Of a stretch of DNA of 34,142 nt, positions 24,055 through 34,142 are shown piece by piece. Below the pieces are notes generated by a model that saw nothing but the letters and a program-made list of their open reading frames with translations, was not told the DNA's origin and made no database searches. The position numbers and the translations under genes are program-made. Positions within the stretch are counted from its first letter, which is position 1; every line of letters starts with the position of its first letter. Origin of the DNA: Bugula neritina (lineage: Eukaryota; Animalia; Bryozoa); contig CAXIUT010000269.1 in the NCBI GenBank assembly GCA_964035545.1, positions 1 through 34,142 of the forward strand, in the 5' to 3' direction.

Positions 24055-25232
24055 TCACCAGTACTTATTGCTTGCATTCTTTGTGTTACTTTTATTGATC
24101 TCAGATGAAGGTTTGCTTCCTTTGCCTAGACCTCCAAATGGACCAGAATTACTTGGTTTTGGCTGTTCAAAAGTATTCTTTTTTGACAATCCAAATTCTT
24201 TCTCGACCTTAGCATTAACAGAACTATTAGATACTGGCTTAACAGAACTATTAGTTGCAAAATTAGGTTTAAGCGGGTTGCTTTTCGGTTGAACATAAGA
24301 ATTACTCACAGCTCCACTTCCAGTTCCAGCCACGTATTTATCTTGAATTTTACTACGTTGTATACCTCCAGGTTTATTCACTATAGTTGCACATTTAGGT
24401 ATATGCCTTTCAGCTACATCAGGTGCATACTTCCTTCCACAGTATTTACATTGAGTGTAATGGTCGTAGTTGGATGGAGGCGGAGGCGGCAAATCAGATA
24501 GTTTGCCTCCTTTTGCCTCAACAGCTTTTATCTTTCTCATCATCTTCATTGCTTGTTGAAGTTCTTCTGATTGAATTTTCCACTTAGCTTTCTTCTACAT
24601 CAAGTTCGGTTTGAATTTAGATGGCGATTCTATCTTTTTTTATACTTGAGGAGGCTTTTTGGCTTGAAGAGGGTCAGCCTTACAAACACGTTCATGTTTA
24701 GCGACTCTATCAGCAGCAAAAGTTCTTCTACACTTGCGGCAAGGCACAAGATTCCCTGTTTCTTCTTTTGCTCCTTCTTGGAAATTAAGGTTGTAACCGC
24801 CTTTTTTGGAAGCCACTACTGGTTCTTCCTAAACTGCATACTTGCCCATGGGTCCCTTATTAACCATAGGTTTGCGTATCATAGGATTAGTTTTACAAGC
24901 CTTTTGATGAGGTACTAAAGATGTTGGATTAAATTTGCGACCACAATATTAACATCCAACCAAGGCCTCCTCAACATATGAATCATATGAATTTGAGTTG
25001 AATTTGTTGATATCATTTTTAGTGATACTATTATTGGACAATAGAGAGGACATACCTTGAGGAGGTTGAGGACAGGGTCTTCTTTATTTAGGAGGTTTCA
25101 AGTTTTCCGTATTTTCCCATTTTTTCTAGCAAGCCTTCAAATGGATAGCCAAGCTCTTGGTTCCAAACCTGTCTCATAACATACTTACTCTCTTCCACAG
25201 ATATAGCATACTAAGGCAACAGGCCGATTCAT
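24055..25232 (-). CDS. C2HC zinc-finger protein (ZNF474/ZC2HC1-like, four fingers)
   Basis: CYICGREFGTKSLAIHLKAC, CEYCGRKF..HQKAC, CRKCRRTF..HERVC, CKYCGRKY..HIPKC. Intron 25169-25188, 385 aa. Confidence 0.9.
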
Positions 25233-25298
25233 TATTATAGAATTAATTCTAAATCATTTTGAATGTTCATACACAAAATTAATAATCTAGACTCTCCC

Positions 25299-25374
25299 GG
25301 GGTTGGGGTTGGGGTTGGGGTTGGGGTTGGGGTTGGGGTTGGGGGTTGGGGTTGGGGTTGGGGTTGGGGTTGGG
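25299..25374. repeat. Internal telomeric tract (GGGGTT)n
   Basis: About 12.5 G4T2 units with one G5 variant. Confidence 0.97.
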
Positions 25375-25375
25375 T

Positions 25376-26542
25376 ATATCTCGTAGAAGTGATTTCTCTT
25401 TACCGCCACTTCTAGATCTATCGGTAGCTATCACACTATTAAGAGAGCAGTTTTCAGCTAAGAGATAGTACTCTTATAAGTATGGATTGCCAATATTGAT
25501 GAAAGTATAAGCTATAGGCAAGGAAAAAGCTTTAGTATCTGCTCATATATCAACAAAGCGCGCGTAAGATCAAAACATAATTCTGGTTTTTTTGAATAAT
25601 ATTGAAATACATACAATAAACCGCTCTCAAAACACAATCATCAAATGCAATGTCTATAAAATACCTTCCTAAATCATACATTCCACGGTTCTAACCGATC
25701 GTTTCTGCTTTGCCATGTACAACTTCAAAACTGCTGAAATATCTTTTGACACCTTTAAATTAGTAACCCATCAGTCTAGATATAAATATAAATCTTTGGA
25801 AACAGAATCACCCAGAAAATAATATGAACTCAGCAAGTAAGAACTGATAAGACTCTATCAAAACTAATCCCAAAAACTATGGCAAAGAACAGATGGAATT
25901 CTAGTCCTAAACTAGACAATAATATCAGACGAATTCAGCGAAAGACTAAACATCTCAAAAAGTTACTAATAATACATGCATCTCTAACAAAAATAACACA
26001 ACCCAATAAAATACGAACTATCAGTCTGCCAAGACTACCTAATCGGCTGCGACAACATAAAAGAGACCTATCCCAGCAACTACTACATTCTCAGATCAAA
26101 AAATACAAATTGGAGTCAAAAGTCTGCTAGAAAACAAACCATAAATCAACCAATATTGGTCTCACTACTATTACTATCAATTGACTCTGAGCGGCAACAA
26201 AATAAAATCAAATAAAAAAATAAACAAATCAGCTCTCTAATCAACGTTAAATCCGATAGAATCATGATAGCTTACTATGATTTCAAAATGAAGGAGATTG
26301 TTGTTTGTTGGATTGTAGTGGATCTGCAGAAAAGAAAGGTATTGCCTGCTATATAGAATAGAAATTGTTAGCAAAGTGATTTGGTTAAATATTAGTCTAT
26401 GATAAAGAAGATAGCTACGATTCGGAATGTTAAACATATGGTTGTTGAGATCAAATGGATTGGGTTGACTGCCTTTTTGGCGTTAGAAGAGTAAGGGCAT
26501 GTTAGATACTATTAGTTTGATAGAAGTATTGTTAGGAGTTGA
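25376..26542 (+). CDS. Probably 5'-truncated hypothetical protein
   Basis: 389-codon frame open from the telomere junction (ISRRSDFSLPPLL...) to TGA 26540-26542. First in-frame ATG is at ~25499. Confidence 0.65.
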
Positions 26543-26743
26543 TTTTTAAGATTTATATGGTTTTTTGGATTTATCTATATTTTTGTATTATATTTTAATT
26601 TATTTATATTTTGATAGTTTTCTTGAAATTAACTTATTTATTAAGATTTATCATTGATATCTTATTTACTTCATGATAATATATCTATTTTAGTTATTAC
26701 TTTTGAATTTTGTATTTAAAATCTTGTTGATTATAATATTTGA

Positions 26744-27778
26744 ATGCAAGAAGCTTTACTAAGAGAGTAAAACTACCAACTAAAAAACGAAATAACAGAT
26801 CTAAAAAATGCATTCGATCTGAATCGAGACATCTTGAAGATCCTTTCAACTTACAACCCAAAAAACGATTCACAATTCTATCTACTAATGCAAATCATAA
26901 CAAGATTAACAACAGTCAACAACCAAGCAATGATCAATGGCATAGAACTAATCACAATAAAAAACTAACTCAAACAAGAAGTACTCATTTTAATTATCAA
27001 AGAATAGTAAATATTAGATGCAAATTTAACAACTAGAAAATCGTTTGAATAATTAGATATAAATCAATAAAGTCAACAGTATGCCTAACTAATCAAAAAT
27101 ATTAATGCAGTAACAATTCAATTCATTGAATAAATAACTCATGGCAGCAAATTAGTAAAGAATCATCAAATAGCAATAAATACAATTTTGGAAACATAAA
27201 TATTAAGTATTTTTTTATGATATTTTCAGAGATAAAAATAAAATGGGAGAAATGATAATTAAATCAAAGAAAAATCAATCAATAATCATCATCAGTAGAA
27301 AATATAACAAATTGAAAGATAATAAAAAATAAGTAGAAAATATAAATCCAATCATACCTTCCTTGCTGATCTGCTTAATAAACAACTTGCTAAATAAAAC
27401 AAAATTCTAAAAAAACATATATAATAGCTATAAAATCGACTACTTCTATTCATCAGAGCCTTCAAACTAGAAGATTAAGCCATGAATAATGGATAAGATA
27501 TCAGATAAAGCAAAGTACCATGGTTCGATACCTAAAGATAATAGATAAGACTCCTCAAATATGCATTAAATGATATACAAGTATAAAGAAAAGAATAAGA
27601 ATATATTCTAACTATTACTCAAAGATTCAAATAGAAAGACATGATTAGTCAGTAAAACAAAAAAAGAAGTTCATCATGGCCTAAACATACCAGTAAATAA
27701 GAACCAGATAAAACCAATAAAGAACTTCCACATAAAATATTAAACAGAATCGAATAAAGATAAGAAAGATAATACTGA
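26744..27778 (+). CDS. Hypothetical coiled-coil protein
   Basis: MQEALLREENYQLKNEITDLKNAFDLNRDILK... heptad-like start after an AT-rich spacer, ending at TGA 27776-27778. Internal exon structure unresolved. Confidence 0.55.
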
Positions 27779-27827
27779 TTTTCATATAAAACAAATACTT
27801 CTATTCAATAATAAAAGGAAATAGATA

Positions 27828-28542
27828 TCACAGATTAGCACCTTATTATTGCTACTGCTATAAACGATAAACATCTGGTCCTGACTCATCTTCAACTTAG
27901 ATTTATCTATCTTTCAACTCCTTCAATTCATTTAGCATTTATTCGTGCTTTCTATCTGCTTCTCGCCTGATTTCTCTTTTAAATTTCAATCCCACGATCA
28001 GCAAAATTCCAGCAAATACTCTGAAAGTAGTCAATATCAGGTATTTTAGAGTTTTACCTCTTTTTTATGGGGATAGCATCTTAGCCACCCTTTCTGTCGG
28101 TAGTTTGCCCTCGATATACTTTGCTATTGATTCAGTTGTCTCTTTCATAAAAGTAAAAAGCTTCTTCATTAGTTCAGAAGTCGTCATGCAGAAGTTAGCA
28201 AGAGCTATAAATGCAAAACCCAACTCAAGTATAGATTTAAGACCGTTCATCATTTTGAACCATTCCTCAACCACCTTTTTATCTACATAACAACAACGAT
28301 ACCTTTCTTTTATTCTTTTTTCTTTTATGGATCTATTGGATCTTTCCCATCTTCGCCTTCTCTGCTCAATCCTACATCAACTATTTAATACCTGCCAACC
28401 CTCTTCGCCCTTCCAAACTTCCATACCCGCCACTCAATCCGCCTAAACCTCCTCCTAGACCTCCTCCTAATCCTCCATAACTTCCATAGCTACTACCATA
28501 GCTACCTAATCCACTATACCCTCCACCCATTCCTCCATACAT
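27828..28542 (-). CDS. PEX13: Pex13-like peroxisomal membrane protein (YG-rich N-terminus, no SH3)
   Basis: Tyr/Gly-rich N-terminus, amphipathic helix WFKMMNGLKSILELGFAFIALANF, TM segment and acidic tail. Two 20-nt introns give 224 aa. Called on architecture only. Confidence 0.6.
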
Positions 28543-28561
28543 CTTTATATAATTACTACAA

Positions 28562-29588
28562 TCAATAATCAGTATAGAAATCATTAACCTCATTGAAATC
28601 CTGCTTAATTTGCCAAGCTTCAATAGGTGGAGGCTACTTTGCCCTTACCCCAGCCCTCTGCTTGAATATTACTCCCTTAGGATCATTATTAACTTTATTA
28701 ATAGTAGTTATTTTCGAGATATTTGTGGTATTTCGTTTGAGTATTCGATTACAAACCGTATTTTGACTTTTGAAACAATTATTTCTACTACAATTCTGAC
28801 TCTATCGATTCTAATTAGATTGATATTTGATTTGTATTCCATTGAAAGGCGAAAATACATTTTTAAAACTGTATGTTACAGAATCAACAGGCATATAAGT
28901 TATCGGTAATGTCTTGTATTTCTATTATTAGATTGGTCTTTCAGAATTACCCTTCTTTTATTTGTTTTTACTATTAATTTATTATTCTATTAGAGATGTC
29001 GGTTGAGGTGTCTTGTTTTTTCTTAAATTAACCATCTTATATTTTTATTTATTTATCTTCAATTCCAACTCTTTTCGATTCCCTGATATTTCTAGCTATA
29101 TTTCTTTATTTTTGATCGAATCGAACATAGAATAATCAATCAAATTAGTACTCCTACCTAAATTTTTACTTTGTTTTTGATTAATAACAAAACCTTAAAA
29201 ACTATTATCTTTATTTTTCGCAACTTTCTCTTTATTTAGCATATATCTATACTAAAACTTCTTTTTATTCTAATTCTACCAAATCTACCTCAACACCTTC
29301 TTCTCTTTCTTCTATAATTTACTACTATATCGAACTTACTACTCCTAACAACCGACATCTATCGACTGGTTAAATAATTTTCTATAACTTTGATTTCTTC
29401 ATAGATTTTGATATATTGATGCGATTTGATTGCTAGATAAACCCATTTTTTCTACCTTATTTACGATTCTCATTTATAAATTCTTTGAAATGCTACTGAA
29501 TTGTAAGGGTTCGACTTCTTTTCTGTGAACTTAGAGTTTATATCTATTTATCTTGCTAATTATGAATACTAGTTTCAGTACGATACAT
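28562..29588 (-). CDS. Hypothetical Glu/Lys-rich protein
   Basis: MYRTETSIHNEQDK... open for more than 140 codons, with a C-terminal frame ending ...PPPIEAWQIKQDFNEVNDFYTDY-TGA. The middle is unresolved. Confidence 0.5.
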
Positions 29589-29676
29589 CTCTTTACACTG
29601 AAATATTATCAAATCCAAAATAATATATATAATAGCTAATAATTTTAGATGACAGATGATCGACAAATATCAACCA

Positions 29677-29759
29677 GGGGTTGGGGTGGGGTTGGGGTTG
29701 GGGTTGGGGTTGGGGTTGGGGTTGGGGTTGGGGTTGGGTTGGGTTGGGTTGGGGTTGGG
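29677..29759. repeat. Internal telomeric tract (GGGGTT)n
   Basis: About 14 units including GGGGT and GGGTT variants. Confidence 0.96.
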
Positions 29760-29760
29760 T

Positions 29761-30712
29761 ATTCGTTTAGAATGTTAACAAATATATAAAAATAAATCGA
29801 TAATGTCTCGGTGATATCGATATCTACCATTCTGTCAAATTAACCAAGAATAATATTGTATCATTATTGATCAATTAAAATCGATGTTTGTGAGGTTTTA
29901 GAATAGGATTTGCAAAGATGGGATTAGTAGGAATAGATAGGTTTATAAAAATTGTCAAGAATATCTTAGAGAATATTATAGTAGTCATTATGTGGATCAT
30001 AATGAGAGCAATATTATGAAATAAACTAGAAATAAGTATATCTATGCTGATAGACTAGATAATAGAAAAAGTTTATTAACAACTACTATTACTATAAAAA
30101 AGAAATAGAAAACAATTGGTTGTTCAAAAAGACCTTTTTCATCAAAAAGTTCAAAAGATTAAATCCTAAATAAAATGGCACTAGCTTATAATGCTTTTAA
30201 TTCTAATATAGGCCAACTCTTTAAAATAAAAACTATTTAAGCCTATGTAAATTAGCCATAAAATCCATAAAAATCAAGAAAAGATAGTCAAAATAAAAAA
30301 TAAAGAAAAATATTAAAAAATAACCAAAGAGTCATCCTCAGATAAGAACTACTAAGAACTAAAAAAAAATATATGCAATCATTCATAAACACCTCATAAA
30401 ATATAGTAAACATCGTCAAATATCAATAGAAATGGAACTTTCTTCTAAGCTAGATAACTCAAAACACTTCCTTAAATAACAGACATAAATAATGCACCTG
30501 TTATCAATGGCACAAGCTTCACTTCAAAAAGAATTACTTCTCTAAGATGTCCTCATGATAAGGAATCAACCGCATCGCAACCATTTCATAATATGAGATA
30601 AATTAATAAAAATAAAATATAAACAAGATTGAATATAGTAAATCGAGTTTTAGGTATAAATATGATCCAGACTCAAGGATACGTCCCACGTCGTAAAAAG
30701 ATATTCGAATGA
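29761..30712 (+). CDS. Probably 5'-truncated hypothetical protein with indels
   Basis: Frame open 29815-30558, and an overlapping +1 frame open ~30300-30712 ending RRKKIFE-TGA. One TGA at 29812 near the junction. Confidence 0.4.
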
Positions 30713-30836
30713 ATAGCAAAACAACCTCTTTAAAACCCTTTTGATTTTTTAATATATTTAATCAATAATAGTATATAGATATTGAAGTATTCGAATAGAT
30801 CTAATTTTATATTTTATTGATAGCAAGTTACATTTT

Positions 30837-31709
30837 ATGTCGATGAACAACGATGCCATCTACGCCTGGTATTTCATATTTTAAGTAGGATCATAGCCCA
30901 CGGACAAAACTATCCAGGAAAACACCTCGCCTCGCAACCCAGAACCAACCCGTCAGTCAAACCCCTAGACCCCAAGTCACAATTCCATCTAGTCATCAGA
31001 TCTCTAGGATAATATATAAAAGAAAATATCGTAGGAGGCAGAGGAGTCAACTACAGAAATATGGGAGCATTTGCCTTCGAAGTGATACCGATATCGTCAA
31101 ACCAGCACAACATTCCAACTTCGACATCACCAAAGAACTCTCCAACCAAAGAGAAGAAAGACTCCACAACCATAGAATCCGACCATGTTTCGTTCCAGAC
31201 AAAAAGCTCCATGAATGTTGCTGAGATACCCAGGTAAATAAGAAATGACAAAACCTAAAAGTCAACACTCCATCTACCAGAAAGGTTTCAACATGATCTA
31301 CTGCAACCCCGTCCCCATCGCCGCTTCATGCGAACTAGACAAAGACGTCGCCGAATCAATTCTCAACGTGTTTGCAAGAGGAGTTTGCGATTTGACTGAA
31401 TTAGGCAAAAACATGGACATTAGCATCGGGCCCTGCCACATCCAAATCAACAACAGAAATATGAAATACAACTATACCAACAACTTCGCGAACTAACTCA
31501 ATAATACCGAGTATTAGAAGAATTTAAAGAAATCGCTTAAGGAGACCAAACAGTTTTGGGGGTAAAGTCATGACTAGAAATGGAATAAGAGCAACCTCAG
31601 CCATATGATTAGTAAACCAGAATGCTAGAAGACCAACCAACTCTATTAGAAAGGATTGTCTCTCAAAATCATGAGTCTTGATCTCAACACCACTGAAAAG
31701 AAAAAATGA
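30837..31709 (+). CDS. CCDC81: CCDC81-like protein with tandem HU-like domains
   Basis: YIKENIVGGRGVNYRNMGAFAF, IRPCFVP, NPVPIAASCELDKDVAESIL...GKNMDISIG. Intron 30869-30888 and one apparent 1-nt deletion at ~31085. Confidence 0.7.
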
Positions 31710-31815
31710 TTATCAGCATCTATACATCTACATCTTCATTATCAAATGTTAACACACTATCTATTTCAATCATTGTTTACAAATTCGAATAATAGATAGA
31801 TAAATCATTGGATCA

Positions 31816-33852
31816 TCACTCTCTCTTGCTATCTGTATTTATTGCCCCCCTCCATAAAATCTTATAGGTCGTTTTCCAAAGATATAGAATGCTCATGTTC
31901 TTTATCTCGCCTTAGCCCTCCATCCAACCGTTATCTTTCTTTCTCTAGCCCAACCGACTCTACTTGATTCGTCTCCTTGCCTTCACCTCAGCTTTATCCA
32001 AAAGTATTTTTCATCTAGAAACTATCATCTTCCAAATTGTAGAAAACCTCACTATTGGTCTTAACCAAAGGAGGAAACATACCTCTTTTAGGACTTTGCT
32101 AGCTAGTCTGATTGACTATCCTCTTAATTCTCTCAGCAGCCTGCTCCATATCTTTTTACTCACAGAAGAACTCTAACTCTCTATCTTGATTGACGTCAAA
32201 GACTGCATTATATCCCTCAACATCGTCTTCCTCAGACTAACTATCACTCGTAGGCTAATGATACTCTTCAATATCAATATGTCTCATACTTTCACTCAAA
32301 TAACCTGAAGCTTTTATATTGTTATTTCTTTGACCAGTCATATTATCATTTCCCATCATAATGTTCGATATTTGATGCTTATCTGACTCCTCTTTGATTT
32401 ATTTCTACTTGCAACCCTCTGGATCCTCCTTCATCTTTTTCAACTTATGCAAAAACACCTCTTAAGTATTTTTATAAGTTTTTCTATTCTATTTAGCTTT
32501 ATCCAAAGTATCCCTCTCAAACAAATGTATCGCCTTAATTTGCCTATCACTCAATAAAGTACCTATAGCTCTCTCCAAGAAACTGATTCTTTTAAACAGA
32601 TAGAGTATATCAAGTTGCCTAAGCATCTCATCTCGACAATCATAGTACAACTTCCCAGTCGGCATATCACAATTCTTTTTGAACAGATGCAATAACATAT
32701 ACAAAAGATGCCACATATAATAGAAAAAGTTATATTTTTTAAGTTGTCTACCCTAATCATCATTATTAGATTAAAGAGATACCCGCCCATCGCCATCTCA
32801 AAAGAATAACTGGTTATATATATTAACCATAAATAGTATAATCGCTATCGTTCCAAACAGACCCCCAATGTATGACAATATCTAATCGATTTTCTGAAAA
32901 GAACGCTCAATTGTTCTAGATATCGGCGATTTGTAAATAAAAAATGTAGTGTATAAGATTTATGAATGCGTGGGGTCGACAGTATACCTATTTTTAATAC
33001 AATTTTTAGTTACAATACCACCTTATTAGATTTTTTATTAGGCAAATGGAATTATACTTTAGTCAGTGATAATTTTGAAATCCTACATCATGATTTGACA
33101 TTCCTACCCATCCGTTCTAGAAACATAGCATAATTACTATCCTCAAGATAATAACTCAAATACTCATTACTATCAGGATTCAACAAAGGATTGATAAAAT
33201 ATATAGTATAGTAAAAAATAACCTCCTGCTTAAATATATCTTCAACCTACTGCTGGAAGCACAAGGTCGATCAGGCTACGACTCATTAGTGCAACTATAT
33301 ATACTCACCTCTATACTCTTAGACGTAACCGATGAATATTTACCATTGATTTAGTAATCTTGGTTCAAAGGTAGACACAACCATGTGTTCACCTTCAGAC
33401 GCTAGTAATCATTGGCGACAACTGGATATTATGCCCAATGCTATCTAGTACATGGCTCGAGTTTTATCGATTTCGTTTTTTAGTAATTCCAATCTCCAGT
33501 ATCTAAGAACACATGATCGGCATAGACATCGAAATATCTAGTTCCATTGGTGAGATCGAAATGCCATAGCTAAACTCCAAACATAAATTTTTTACCAGGT
33601 CTAGTCGACATAGTATAAGCCTGAGGATCATCAAAACTCGTAGATGAGAAAGCAGAATTAATGATAACTTTATCAAATGTATCAATAACTTTGCTATAGA
33701 ACGTCACCAGCAATCCAACAATGATAGTAATGGATAGTATACCACCAAAAATGGTTTCTATACTCAGGCTATTACTTGTATCTAAGCACTTCTGCAGTAT
33801 AGAAAAAATCTAGTTTGAAGATAACCTCCTTGAGATTAGAAAGAAAACCCAT
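31816..33852 (-). CDS. Ciliate-type two-transmembrane protein with large Cys-containing ectodomain
   Basis: N-terminal LDFF...YRTIFGGILSITIIVGLL (TM1), ectodomain, ERSFQKIDEILSYIGGLFGTIAIILF (TM2), QLDILYLFKRISFLERAI tail. Several indels near 32790-32815 and ~32000, so the 3' end is uncertain. Confidence 0.75.
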
Positions 33853-34050
33853 CTTGCCGTTTTAATTTTGTTATTAATAAGTTGTAATTTAATCAGAATT
33901 AATATCCATTGTTGAAAAGGGATTAAAATAAAATATAAATAAAATATGACCTATAAGACAAAGATAACAACATGATCACAAATGAATTAAATAAAAGATA
34001 TCATATAATCGATCAAATTAATATTTATTTATAAAACACCATAAATATCA

Positions 34051-34142
34051 GGGGTTGGGGTTGGGGTTGGGGTTGGGGTTGGGGTTGGGGTTGGGGTTGG
34101 GGTTGGGGTTGGGGTTGGGGGTGGGGTTGGGGTTGGGTTGGG
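34051..34142. repeat. Right telomere, (GGGGTT)n
   Basis: About 15 G4T2 units running to the window end. Confidence 0.98.

Noticed and set aside
29677-29759. Variant telomere units (GGGTT, GGGGT, G5) as a mixed telomerase product
   Set aside because: These are homopolymer-length variants only. No Paramecium-type TTTGGG units were seen.
29812-29814. In-frame TGA as evidence for UGA read-through or an ambiguous stop code
   Set aside because: No conserved gene here has TGA at a Trp or Cys position, and this region is error-prone and next to a junction.
29645-29830. Track ORF with a PT repeat
   Set aside because: It is a translation of the telomeric tract.
30717-30731. CAAAACAACCTCTTT, a 13/15 match to the Tetrahymena chromosome breakage sequence TAAACCAACCTCTTT
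   Set aside because: One mismatch falls in the conserved AAACCAACC core, it is not beside a telomere, and Cbs is removed from macronuclear DNA. Probably chance.
1270-32820. Frameshifts in several genes (~1280, ~5155, ~11755, ~30300, ~31085, ~32800) as Euplotes-style programmed frameshifting or pseudogenes
   Set aside because: TAR is a sense codon here, shift directions vary, many sites lie in homopolymers, and the telomere tracts show similar indels. Sequencing error is the simpler explanation.
1-34142. tRNA, rRNA, CRISPR arrays, transposons or IES-like elements
   Set aside because: None recognised by eye. tRNAscan-SE and Infernal would be needed to exclude small RNAs in the spacers.

Overview
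AT-rich ciliate macronuclear DNA. TAA and TAG both read as Glu and TGA is the only stop (peritrich-type code, NCBI table 30), so the standard-code ORF track fragments almost every gene. About 35 inferred spliceosomal introns are all 19-21 nt. The window starts with (CCCCAA)n, ends with (GGGGTT)n, and has three internal (GGGGTT)n tracts (9596, 25299, 29677), all in the same orientation. Segment 1-9677 is a complete telomere-to-telomere ~9.7 kb minichromosome. The other three segments each start inside a reading frame and end in a telomere, so the window is probably a concatemer of chromosome ends. Recognisable genes: 2OG-Fe(II) oxygenase, Nup98 paralog, Ubc12-like E2, CDPK, CDK, Arp1, CK2-alpha, Dpy-30, ULK-like kinase, AIFM3-like Rieske flavoprotein, LRR protein, C2HC zinc-finger protein, Pex13-like, CCDC81-like and a two-TM membrane protein. 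The most unusual local signal is three abutting ~20-nt introns with zero-length exons in the LRR gene, a candidate for recursive splicing. All calls come from manual translation and motif recognition. No searches were run.
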